Source: an uncultured virus (IMG/VR IMGVR_UViG_3300046479_000175) (taxonomy: Duplodnaviria > Heunggongvirae > Uroviricota > Caudoviricetes). From it: a stretch of DNA of 64,000 nt. The stretch is taken from the IMG/VR virus record IMGVR_UViG_3300046479_000175; one strand, written 5' to 3'. Both the position numbers and the translations under genes were made by a program. The stretch's first letter is position 1, and each line of letters opens with the position of its first letter. Positions 1 to 8,466 of this stretch are shown piece after piece. Below the pieces are notes generated by a model. The model did no database searches. It was not told where the DNA came from and saw only the letters and a list, made by a program, of their open reading frames with translations.

Positions 1-836
1 CGCGCGCCTCCTGTCTGCAAGAGCTCGCCCAGGCAGCACGACACCATCAGGCGGCATAACTTGCCGTTAACTTCCACAAGGTCCATGGGAAGACAAATGG
101 CGATGGTCATCATCCGCTCAGTGAGCCAGATGAATCGGAAATCCGAACCACTCAGGCTTTCTGCAATCGCAGGGTCTCTTAAAAACTGCGTCTCCGCCTT
201 GATCGTTTCAAGCACGTCCGAAAAACCGTGACTTCCGGTTTCGATCTCACGCAGATAGCCTCGGAAAATCGGAGATGAGTCGTCCTTTTGCTTCGTGATA
301 CGCTCGCAGAATTCCGGAAACTCCGCCTCGATGACCCGTGCGACTTCGGCGAGGTTCCGCTCATCACGTTCCCCAAATTTCGCAAGGGCGATTTGCATCA
401 CCGTGAACACCCTACGGGCATCGTTCACGAAGAATGCATCGCGTCCGACCGCTTCGCACCCCACACATGCATCCGAGTTCCGACGCGCTATCGCTTCACG
501 ACGAAGAGCTGGAGTTCGGCCATCGAAGAGAGGCAACATCGGGTTGTACCTAGCGAAAGCCTTGACGCCCCACGGAACGTCTCCAGCCATCCCATACGGC
601 GAATACGCATAGTAGGGGCCGAGTCGGGCCAAATATTCCCCGAGGATCGATGTAATCTCGTTGTTTTTGCTGTCTATAAAGAATTTGCTTGCGTCAGTTT
701 GCAAGAGCCCGTTCGGAATTAACAGGCTCGATGTCTTCGACGACCCTGTGGACCCGAAAAACATTCCGTGGCCGCCACTCGAGTAGACGAGCTCCATGGC
801 GCTCTCAAGTGAAAAACCAAGGCTGAATCGCGTCAT
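1..836 (-). CDS. VirD4/TraG-family type IV coupling protein, cytoplasmic ATPase part (runs off the window start)
   Basis: Hand translation, absent from the ORF track: MTRFSLG...HGMFFGSTGSSKTSSLLIPNGL..ASKFFIDSKNNEIT...YNPML...TQFLRDPAIAESLSGSDFRF...TIAICLP...CRLMVSCCL. Walker A-like region and downstream blocks resemble T4CPs. GGAGG RBS upstream. Confidence 0.8.
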   Translation of the reverse strand, partial: MTRFSLGFSLESAMELVYSSGGHGMFFGSTGSSKTSSLLIPNGLLQTDASKFFIDSKNNEITSILGEYLARLGPYYAYSPYGMAGDVPWGVKAFARYNPMLPLFDGRTPALRREAIARRNSDACVGCEAVGRDAFFVNDARRVFTVMQIALAKFGERDERNLAEVARVIEAEFPEFCERITKQKDDSSPIFRGYLREIETGSHGFSDVLETIKAETQFLRDPAIAESLSGSDFRFIWLTERMMTIAICLPMDLVEVNGKLCRLMVSCCLGELLQTGGA

Positions 837-1006
837 CGCAGCAACCCTCCCTTCTTGCACTCCTCATCACTCGCCCAACCGTTCCCCCGGCCGTAGATCG
901 GCTCGCCATGGTATTTCTGCATTTCTTCGAGACGCTTTTTGCGATTAGTTTCCGCACGGGCTAGCGCGCCGATGATCAAGAACACTACGAGCACCAGAGC
1001 TCCCAT
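833..1006 (-). CDS. 57-aa membrane peptide resembling the VirD4 N-terminal anchor
   Basis: MGALVLVVFLIIGALARA...IYGRGNGWASDEECKKGGLLR; one TM segment followed by a motif like the HGSARWA..E...AGLL of VirD4; ATGA overlap with the ATPase ORF. Confidence 0.6.
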   Translation of the reverse strand: MGALVLVVFLIIGALARAETNRKKRLEEMQKYHGEPIYGRGNGWASDEECKKGGLLR

Positions 1007-1012
1007 AAATTC

Positions 1013-1336
1013 CTATGACCTGTCCTTTCTCTCGCGGATATAACCCTCGTCCACGAGGAACTGCCGGTCGCCCGGATCCAAATTGATGCGCTTCAGAAGA
1101 TCCAGCACTCCAATGTTTTGCTGAAGAACGATTCGAAGGCGTTCCCGGTTTTTCCTTCCCCGGAACCCCTCCACACGCAGAGCCTGCGCGGCGCGCTCCG
1201 CATCCTGCGCCATCGCCGTCGCTGCATCCGCGATCCGACGAAGCAACGACGATATGTCGTTCTTTTTCGGACCTCTCTTTCTTTCAGCCTTTACGTCTGT
1301 CGCGTTTTCAATTTCCATTGCTTCCTCCCTCAGCAC
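1013..1336 (-). CDS. hypothetical protein in the coupling-protein operon
   Basis: Co-oriented, closely spaced ORF with plausible helical composition. Confidence 0.5.
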   Translation of the reverse strand: MLREEAMEIENATDVKAERKRGPKKNDISSLLRRIADAATAMAQDAERAAQALRVEGFRGRKNRERLRIVLQQNIGVLDLLKRINLDPGDRQFLVDEGYIRERKDRS

Positions 1337-1351
1337 AACGGGCTGCCGAAC

Positions 1352-1624
1352 TTACCTCGCCGCGTTTCTTTTGTCATCAGGTAACAGCTGGATTCTTCCT
1401 CTCTCTAGAAAAGCGCCCATGTCCAACGGCGCCGTATCGAGGCCCCCAATCGCTTGCTCCAACATCGGCCAGCGTCTGAGCCGCTCCCGTAACTCGAGCC
1501 CCTTCTCGGCTAGTTTTTTTTCCATTCGATCAACCTCCTGCTCCCCGATCTTCGAGGCTCTATCGAGCGCGAATGCGATATCATCGAGCTGAACGACAAT
1601 CCAGAGTTCTGGCGGCGTGGTCAT
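1352..1624 (-). CDS. hypothetical protein
   Basis: ATG with strong RBS (AGGAGAGG); first gene of the minus-strand run. Confidence 0.55.
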   Translation of the reverse strand: MTTPPELWIVVQLDDIAFALDRASKIGEQEVDRMEKKLAEKGLELRERLRRWPMLEQAIGGLDTAPLDMGAFLERGRIQLLPDDKRNAAR

Positions 1625-1768
1625 CCATCCACCTCTCCTTGGTGAATGTGGAGGATTATGCTGGTTTCTAAGTCATTGTGGGCGTAAGACTTGATGCCCA
1701 CTCTTCAGTGGAGAGGCGAAATCCATTCGGGCGCTCGCTGAAATCTTTTCAGCGGATTTTCAGTTAAC

Positions 1769-2668
1769 ATGGGCGCCATGCCCCAAGAACAGGTATTAGA
1801 GCTCTCATTCGGGCAGTGGCATCTCCAACTCCGCCGGGGTGGTAATCCATACGATCCCAACCAGATCCGATCCACTCTTCTCGACAGTGAGCACCACGCC
1901 AGAACGCTAGCGCACCATCCGATGCAACTGCTCCTTCTTCTTGCCTATAAGCCGGCGCATCCCATGTCCTCCGAAGAAATACACCCGTCTATTTGGGACT
2001 TTGACAAAGGCATCGAGCAAAATCGCAACGATGTTGAAAAGGCAGTCGAAGCGCTTCGCAAAGTTATTGGACACTCCTATGTCCAATTCGCTGAAGGCAA
2101 ATATCGCCTAAGTCCTCCCGCTACATCTCAAGGAACCCTAGATTTAGTTCACTGCTTCAGCGAGTGGAACGATTCCCATCTCCTCGACAAGATTCAATCT
2201 GAGGTGCGTCGTGACGACTCGCGCCCCGAGGCGCTTCGAATCGCGGTCATGGCTTTTCCCATGAGCATTCCTGCACTCAAATTGGACCGCCTACTCATGC
2301 GCGGTCTCAAAGTGAGCATTCTCATGAGCCATCCCCTTGCGGATGAAGCTTTGCGGCTTCGTTTTCTCAATCGGAAGGGCGAAACCCCCAAAGATTGCGC
2401 CGACCACATCAGAGGGCAGCACAAATCCGAACTCGAAGACCTTCGCTCTCAGTTCCCCACACTTTTTGAGTTCCGATATAGCGAAGCGCTACCTTTCGGG
2501 CCGCTGTATCACGCCAACGATTGGGCTATTTTCGGTGTCCACCTTGCCCACGCTTCATCAGAAAAGGGGCCGATGGTCGAAGTGGAGGGGAGTAGCAATG
2601 CCTGGAACTCTCTTTATCGAGATTTCAGAGTACGGTGGGACAATCCCTCGAAGCTCCCGATGCCCTGA
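1769..2668 (+). CDS. winged-helix regulator fused to a PLD-like (DUF5919-like) C-terminal domain
   Basis: N-terminus LLLLLAYKPAHPMSSEEIHPSIW...VEKAVEALRKVIG...GKYRL is OmpR-type wHTH; C-terminus VSILMSHP...FRYSEALPFGPLY...FRVRWD. Confidence 0.55.
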   Translation: MGAMPQEQVLELSFGQWHLQLRRGGNPYDPNQIRSTLLDSEHHARTLAHHPMQLLLLLAYKPAHPMSSEEIHPSIWDFDKGIEQNRNDVEKAVEALRKVIGHSYVQFAEGKYRLSPPATSQGTLDLVHCFSEWNDSHLLDKIQSEVRRDDSRPEALRIAVMAFPMSIPALKLDRLLMRGLKVSILMSHPLADEALRLRFLNRKGETPKDCADHIRGQHKSELEDLRSQFPTLFEFRYSEALPFGPLYHANDWAIFGVHLAHASSEKGPMVEVEGSSNAWNSLYRDFRVRWDNPSKLPMP

Positions 2669-2688
2669 ACCGGGGCTGCCGCCCCCAG

Positions 2689-2754
2689 CCGTCAAGGGCG
2701 ACGCCCTCCGGGTTTGCTGCGCAAAAAGTCTTCGACTTCGCGACCCTCTGACGG
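2689..2754. other. branched hairpin element (candidate ssDNA signal)
   Basis: CCGTCA-AGGG...CCCT-C-TGACGG encloses three mini-hairpins: CCC-TCC-GGG, TTTGC-TGC-GCAAA and AAGTC-TTC-GACTT. Confidence 0.6.
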
Positions 2755-2908
2755 ATCACCCCGCTCACACCTTCCAATGATCCCGGCATCAGAGATGCCG
2801 GATTCGACCATTCTCCGAGTTCTGGGGGTAGAGATGAAGCTGCGCGTTACGCACGACTGTCTGTGCAACCGTATCGAGTTCAACAAGGTTTCTTAACGGC
2901 TCAGATCA

Positions 2909-3712
2909 CTATTTTAGAGTTACTGTAATTGATACGTAGTTGTTATAGTTCTTCCTCAGGTGTGTTTCCTGAGTTTCGAACACTGAGTTCCTACGTTCTT
3001 TACCATAAGACACCCGGCGCATTAAGCGTCTGTTGATACCATCGGCCGCTAAGAGGTTTTCCACAAGGCCTGCGCCATCGTCCGCCAAGGCAAGCGCCAT
3101 TTCAGATGAAACGCCCTCATCGACGTTGGAATAAATGATAACTTCCTGCACGGAGTCACCGAGACTGGCGATCCAGTCAGCATTCGTCTGTACTGCCCGC
3201 TTAACATCATTAGTTACCACATAGTCAGGACTCGACGTTTCACTACGCTTATCATATGAGCTTCCAAAATAGATCGTGACGGGTCCATGGACGGTCTTGT
3301 TGCTATTGGGTTGGACAGTAGTGGTTGCTTTTGCGGGGAGAGGTTGAGTAATCACTATTGCAGGTGTGAAGAAAAATGTGAGAATGAAAAAACCAACAGC
3401 ACCAGTCGCCCGCACAGCCACTCCCTTCCCGCTCCAATTGACATGCAGCGCTCCTGGTATCGTCGCTCCCAATACCGCCGTGGCAAATGCGAGCAGGATT
3501 CTGACAAGTATTACGAGATTTGGATCAGAGAACGGTTGGTTCCTGACTACAAGGAAACCAATTAAACCGACTATTGTGACCGCTGCTGTCGCGGAGACAA
3601 TTCGCTCCCAAAGCCGGGGGTGGTAGTCGGCAACGGTCAAGGAAGGTTCTGGTTCTTGTGGCCTGTTCGCCTTCATTCGTGAGCAACATCTTAACATCTG
3701 AATCATGGGCAA
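2909..3712 (-). CDS. membrane protein (about 3 TM) with a C-terminal OmpA/Pal-like domain
   Basis: Hydrophobic N-terminal helices; TIYF...NADW...VDEGVSSEMALALA...LLAADGINRRLMRRVSYGKER resembles Pal/OmpA_C. Confidence 0.7.
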   Translation of the reverse strand: MPMIQMLRCCSRMKANRPQEPEPSLTVADYHPRLWERIVSATAAVTIVGLIGFLVVRNQPFSDPNLVILVRILLAFATAVLGATIPGALHVNWSGKGVAVRATGAVGFFILTFFFTPAIVITQPLPAKATTTVQPNSNKTVHGPVTIYFGSSYDKRSETSSPDYVVTNDVKRAVQTNADWIASLGDSVQEVIIYSNVDEGVSSEMALALADDGAGLVENLLAADGINRRLMRRVSYGKERRNSVFETQETHLRKNYNNYVSITVTLK

Positions 3713-3744
3713 ATTGAGAGCGATTAGTAAAGCGACTTGGACCG

Positions 3745-4638
3745 CTACCGGAGTACATTGAAGTCCGGGTCGGGTCCTGGCGTGAACACCATTCGCTTGT
3801 AGCCGTCTTTCAGCATCCCGCGGTGATAAGCGATAAAGCGTGATAGAACCTGCTCTTTAGTATCCACGAATACTTCGTCCGTTTGTTTGTCCCCTTCGAA
3901 CGTCTCGAAGCTGTAGCGTGGCCCTTTTTCAAGGTCCCAAAGCCGCACGACAGCGGTGATCCACTTTCCTTGCTTGTCGTACCGGGCATAGGAAAGTCCA
4001 TTCGGCCGCTGTACCTGCTGGTCATTATCTAGGACCCACATTGTGTGCAGGGGAAAGTCGGCGGAGGCTGATACTACTTTGGTAAAGTCGGGGCGTTTGC
4101 CCAGAGCTGGCGGCCGAAACGGTTCTCCGTAGATCGTTCTAATTAGCTGTTCGTATTCGCTCTCCTTATAGGGTTCGCCAGACAGGTCAACACCAACTCT
4201 GCCCTTTAAGTAAATTGGAGTCGAGTCTTGGAACGAGCCGTTCCTTAACACAGGAATAAATTTATCAATAGTGAAGCTGTCTGCAAGTTCGGCAGAAATG
4301 GCACCGGACTCGTAGCCGACGCCCCCTAACCGATTATCCGCTCGGTATTTATAGTTCGGTGTGGCGACTACGATTACGAAATCACTCGTCGAGACGGCTT
4401 GCTCCATAAAATGGAGCCTTTCTTGGCCGGGATGCAGATGCCAACGATCAAGGATGACTTGTATTCCGCTTTCGCCTTGAAGCCTGGTTGCAAAGTCGAG
4501 TATCCATGCCTTGTGTGCATCATCATCCCAAGAGTACGAAACAAAAACGCGGGGCACATCGGGAATGCGTTCGGGCAATTTTATCGGTGGTCGTAAGACG
4601 TCGTCAGACGAAGGAGGCATGCGGTCATCCTTAAGCAC
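3745..4638 (-). CDS. TIR/SEFIR domain protein
   Basis: PRVFVSYSWDDDAHKAW...VILDRWHL.PG...FMEQAV..SDFVIVV.TPNY...GGVGYE (putative catalytic Glu)...KFIPVLR. Confidence 0.9.
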   Translation of the reverse strand: MLKDDRMPPSSDDVLRPPIKLPERIPDVPRVFVSYSWDDDAHKAWILDFATRLQGESGIQVILDRWHLHPGQERLHFMEQAVSTSDFVIVVATPNYKYRADNRLGGVGYESGAISAELADSFTIDKFIPVLRNGSFQDSTPIYLKGRVGVDLSGEPYKESEYEQLIRTIYGEPFRPPALGKRPDFTKVVSASADFPLHTMWVLDNDQQVQRPNGLSYARYDKQGKWITAVVRLWDLEKGPRYSFETFEGDKQTDEVFVDTKEQVLSRFIAYHRGMLKDGYKRMVFTPGPDPDFNVLR

Positions 4639-5086
4639 GGCGGCAAATGGATGCAGTTCTGTCGCTTGCTAGAAATTATAGTTGCATCTGAACCGCATCA
4701 ATCGGAATGATCGGCTCTGGCCCTATCAACGCAGCGGCGCAATTCTATGAAATCGACCGTCCTGATCAGATCGCCGATTTCCGTGACTTGCTCAACAACG
4801 GCCTTCGTACCCACTTCGCGCCAGCGGTCTGCGGCTCCCCAAAAGCTCTGATATGTTTCCGGCTCCATGCCTGGTACAGTGACGCGATAAAATTCGGTCA
4901 TATTGGGCGCTCTCCTACGATGGCCCGGACAAGAGGAGCCGGATGTCTGTCCAATTAACGACCCGCGCGGATTCAAAATATATGGACGGCCGGTGTAAGA
5001 GTTTATCATTCAAAGGAACTGTTTGAGTATCGGCTCAGATTTCACGACTTCGCACTGGGGGAATTGTAGTCGAATCGCCTCCCGGC

Positions 5087-5132
5087 GACACGAGCACGCC
5101 TGCATCAGCGCTGCGCGCGGCAGGCTCGTGTC
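5087..5132. other. long imperfect hairpin (candidate ssDNA signal)
   Basis: GACACGAG..CCTGC..GCGC-TGC-GCGC.GCAGG-CTCGTGTC. Confidence 0.5.
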
Positions 5133-5167
5133 AAAAGACACAATTTGTTTAGCGGGGAAAAATGATG

Positions 5168-5196
5168 TTGATTTTTATATGGCCCTCGTCCATAAT
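5168..5196 (+). promoter_or_regulatory. sigma70-like promoter with embedded operator; probably a leaderless transcript
   Basis: TTGATT-N17-CATAAT, 8 nt before ATG 5205; contains TATGGC-N5-TCCATA. Confidence 0.55.
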
Positions 5197-5204
5197 CCGC
5201 CGCC

Positions 5205-5696
5205 ATGAAGGCAGCTTTGTCACACCGCACAGCCGTACAGCTCTTCAGCCGATGGAGAAGGGCTAAAGAGATAACCATCTGTCGCGCCGCCGCCCTGTTT
5301 TGCGTGAGCGGTTCTCAGGTGGCCAAATGGGAGTGGTACGAAGATCCCATACCCGCATACGTGTTCGTCGCAATTGAAACAATTCAGAACGTCAACATCA
5401 ATGTTGGGCGCATTCATTATGTCTACAAACTGACGGACGCGAAGACGGGCCAGTTCTATTACGGGGCTCGCTCATGCTATGGAAGAGCCGCAGATGATGC
5501 GTACTCAGGAAGCGGCGCATGGAAGGAGCGCACCCCCGATCTGGGCATATCCCTGATCAAGGAAATACTGAGCTTTCATCCGAGCCATAATGCAGCGGTA
5601 CTGACGGAGAACGGCCTTCTTAGGAAACATCGGAATCACCCGCTTTGCGTCAATCGACAAGCGGGGGGAGCCCGCAAAAGGTCAGTCGTATGCTGA
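5205..5696 (+). CDS. HTH fused to a GIY-YIG (Seg-like) endonuclease
   Basis: N-terminal AAALFCVSGSQVAKWE; HYVYKLTD..TGQFYYGARS...DAYSGSG. Confidence 0.75.
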   Translation: MKAALSHRTAVQLFSRWRRAKEITICRAAALFCVSGSQVAKWEWYEDPIPAYVFVAIETIQNVNINVGRIHYVYKLTDAKTGQFYYGARSCYGRAADDAYSGSGAWKERTPDLGISLIKEILSFHPSHNAAVLTENGLLRKHRNHPLCVNRQAGGARKRSVVC

Positions 5697-5881
5697 CACC
5701 TCACCAAATCCATAGCCTCCGCACACGCCTCAAGCTGACTGCCGATCTGTTCGCCGAGAGCCTTGGCCTTATTGGTAAATATCGAGCGCTTACTGTTTAT
5801 AAATGGGAATCTGGCTCCAAGAAGCCGGGGCCACAAACCGTCCTCCTGATGAAGTCTTTGGCTCGCAATCCCCACAAATAA
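5690..5881 (+). CDS. XRE-family HTH regulator
   Basis: MLTPHQIHSLRTRLKLTADLFAESLGL...TVYKWESGSKKP. Confidence 0.85.
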   Translation: MLTPHQIHSLRTRLKLTADLFAESLGLIGKYRALTVYKWESGSKKPGPQTVLLMKSLARNPHK

Positions 5882-5906
5882 GCAACTTTATTTCGTCGAT
5901 TCTCTA

Positions 5907-5935
5907 TTGACCCCTATATGGCTTTGGGCCATAGT
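5907..5935 (+). promoter_or_regulatory. sigma70-like promoter with palindromic operator
   Basis: TTGACC-N17-CATAGT; palindrome TATGGC-N5-GCCATA at 5917-5933. Confidence 0.6.
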
Positions 5936-5959
5936 ACGCCATCAACTCTGGAGAACCCA

Positions 5960-6244
5960 ATGCCCGTCGAATTCATACTGGACCCCGCAATTCAAGCCAT
6001 CATCGAGAGACGGATGGCGTTCAACTGGCCAGCCTTCGCCGTCGGAGCCTACGTGGGAATCCGTTATAAGCAAAACGCTCATGGCCGTATCACCGCGATC
6101 TGCGCCAAGGGCAACACGGACCGCCACGCATCAACCAACGCATTCGGCGTTCTCAAAATCAGGATGGACGACGGCACCTTCCGCTACGAGCATCCAGAAC
6201 ATCTCTTCACGGCAACTCCCCAGCAACTCAAGCTTGTCGGCTGA
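5960..6244 (+). CDS. phage-type hypothetical protein
   Basis: GGAG RBS then ATG; first gene of a tightly packed operon. Confidence 0.6.
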   Translation: MPVEFILDPAIQAIIERRMAFNWPAFAVGAYVGIRYKQNAHGRITAICAKGNTDRHASTNAFGVLKIRMDDGTFRYEHPEHLFTATPQQLKLVG

Positions 6245-6247
6245 ACC

Positions 6248-6520
6248 ATGAACGCTGTTCTCAAATCCTTCGCCGACATCAGCGGAACCCTTCACAATAT
6301 GACGTCGTACGCCGACGCCCTCACAGCCGCCATCCGCCGCAAGGGCGACCTCGAGATTGATGGGCTCATATTCCGCCGTCGCACCGACATCGAGATCCCC
6401 ACCGATCATTTCTCGACCGGACGCCACACGATGATCTATCAGATGGACGGTACAGGAAAACAGTACCGCGTGATGATCGAACCGGTGCTGGAGACGCATC
6501 AGCCTAGGGAGATTGGGTGA
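6248..6520 (+). CDS. hypothetical protein
   Basis: Packed operon. Confidence 0.55.
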   Translation: MNAVLKSFADISGTLHNMTSYADALTAAIRRKGDLEIDGLIFRRRTDIEIPTDHFSTGRHTMIYQMDGTGKQYRVMIEPVLETHQPREIG

Positions 6521-6807
6521 TGACCAGCGACGTTCCCTTTTATGTGGTGAAGGATGAGCAGACGTTGACAGGTCTGCCGCAATTCCTGCACGGGCTCGGC
6601 TTTCAATACACAGCCCATGAAGATGAGTTCGACAAAGGCGGCAATCCGATATTCCGCCTCTACTACGATAAATACCCGAATAAGGATCATGTATGGGGCG
6701 TGGAGAAGCGCGGTATTGTCGTTGTGCGTCGCAAGGAATGGGTCCAACAGGTTAAGGATGCTATTCAAGCCGAGATCAAGAGATACGAAGCGGAGTACGC
6801 AGCATGA
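6517..6807 (+). CDS. hypothetical protein
   Basis: Stop/start overlap. Confidence 0.6.
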   Translation: MMTSDVPFYVVKDEQTLTGLPQFLHGLGFQYTAHEDEFDKGGNPIFRLYYDKYPNKDHVWGVEKRGIVVVRRKEWVQQVKDAIQAEIKRYEAEYAA

Positions 6808-7013
6808 GCACCACTGCCAACAAATCGCCGCCATTAGGTCGGATAGGACAGCTCGCCGAAAATCTACGGTGTGCAGCAAGGAATGTCGCCAACGAAATGG
6901 TGGAAACGCCGGGTGGTGACGCCTATGAGTATCGCGGCGGAACGAACGCTGTCGACACCCTGATCGAAGCACTCAATGATCTTGAGCACTTTCAAGCAGG
7001 GTGGCGTGAATGA
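6804..7013 (+). CDS. hypothetical protein
   Basis: ATGA overlap. Confidence 0.5.
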   Translation: MSTTANKSPPLGRIGQLAENLRCAARNVANEMVETPGGDAYEYRGGTNAVDTLIEALNDLEHFQAGWRE

Positions 7014-7591
7014 CAGGCGCGCTCGACAAAGCCCTCGACGCCGTGGCGAAGCTCGCGCCGCAGGACAATGAGCCGCCGCGAGCGCCAGAACAGAAAATCA
7101 TTATCAAGACGAAAGGCGAAAGAGAATGTGATGAATGCGCCGAGCCCGCCACACGTCGGTGCACATTCTTGATGCCACATTATCGGTCGAATCCTGCATC
7201 GAGCGGATATGGAAAAGACGATTGCAGTTATTGCTCGGATGCGGAAGTATTCGTTTGCGACACCTGCAAGCCTGAAACTCCGTCTGGAATGTGCTCGGAA
7301 TATTCGACCTTCTACAAGAAGAGGTTTCCACATCTATTTGTTGTCTGGAGAGAAAAGGAAGCCCCCGATCTGTTGCGCGAGAGGGATAGATTATTGACGC
7401 AGTTTTGCAGGGCCGAAATTGATATATCTGCGCTCCAAGCCGACAACGCGAGGCTGCGGGAAGAATTGCGGCGCATATCTGCCCTCGATCACACAGCAAA
7501 CATTGGCAAGCCCCATGATCCGACGTATTTTATTCGGACGGCTCAAGGCATAGCCCGTGCCGCCCTTGCGCCTACGGTGACGAAAGAATGA
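7010..7591 (+). CDS. Cys-rich (putative Zn-binding) phage protein
   Basis: CDEC, CSYC and CDTC motifs; ATGA overlap. Confidence 0.6.
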   Translation: MTGALDKALDAVAKLAPQDNEPPRAPEQKIIIKTKGERECDECAEPATRRCTFLMPHYRSNPASSGYGKDDCSYCSDAEVFVCDTCKPETPSGMCSEYSTFYKKRFPHLFVVWREKEAPDLLRERDRLLTQFCRAEIDISALQADNARLREELRRISALDHTANIGKPHDPTYFIRTAQGIARAALAPTVTKE

Positions 7592-7767
7592 AAAACACCG
7601 CAAACAATGAGGCCACGGATCTCGCCCAAGCCCTCGAAAGCAGATTTGGCCATGAGATTGACGACGATCAACCCATCAACGGTGCAGAGGCTGTTGACGC
7701 GATATGTGAACTTGCGCCAATGTGGCGCTCGATCTTGAAGAAAGGACCGCAACCGACTCAAGGATGA
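7588..7767 (+). CDS. 59-aa hypothetical protein
   Basis: ATGA overlap; hand translation MKNTANNEATDLAQALESRFG... Confidence 0.45.
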   Translation: MKNTANNEATDLAQALESRFGHEIDDDQPINGAEAVDAICELAPMWRSILKKGPQPTQG

Positions 7768-7998
7768 CATTTCATGCAGCGGCAGTGCGGAAGGACGCAC
7801 CTGTTTAGGGCTACGAGGCCAAGCGGGTTCTACTGTCAGCTCCATCGTAGAGCCGGTGTCAAGTCCGGCCCGCTGCATCAAGTGCCACAACTTTAGGAAA
7901 TGAGACGGCCATGCTTATCCGGTTAGAACCCAAGGATGCTAAACGTTGAACCTCCGCATGTAGGTCACATGCATACGGCAACAGCAAAGGAGAATAAC

Positions 7999-8274
7999 AT
8001 GTCTTACTCATTTGGGGTTCAAGCCCCGACCAAAAAAGAGGCCGAAGAAAAGGTCTCGCACGAATTGGTGAAGGTCATTGAAAGTCAATCAATGCACAAA
8101 AAGGATGCCGATCAAGCTGCGAATGCTGCTTTCAGTATGATTGCGCTCCTGCGCGAGGATGAAACCAAGGACATTTATGTCTCGGTGTCGGGATCGATTG
8201 GATGGGAGGCGGACGAAAGCCTCAACTCTGCTTCCGTCAACGTTCACGCCTACCTCAGTTCGAAGACGGCGTGA
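7999..8274 (+). CDS. hypothetical protein
   Basis: AAGGAG RBS; MSYSFGVQAPTK... Confidence 0.6.
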   Translation: MSYSFGVQAPTKKEAEEKVSHELVKVIESQSMHKKDADQAANAAFSMIALLREDETKDIYVSVSGSIGWEADESLNSASVNVHAYLSSKTA

Positions 8275-8466
8275 GACCAACGGTTCGCCCACGGCTGCTA
8301 CCGACAACGGGCCGTGGGCGATAACCGGATAAGCATGGAGACGACTATGGGTTGGCCTACAGCAGTTGAGCATATTGGTTATGCCTTCGCGGCAGCGGGA
8401 GCATTTTCCGCCTTTGTCATCGCCGTTTTTTCAGCCCTTCGTTAACCCCTCGCAACAGGAAACATC

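Noticed and set aside
179..722. Short ORFs listed in the track
   Set aside because: They are shadows of the minus-strand VirD4-like frame, which the track misses because it has no stop codon inside the window.
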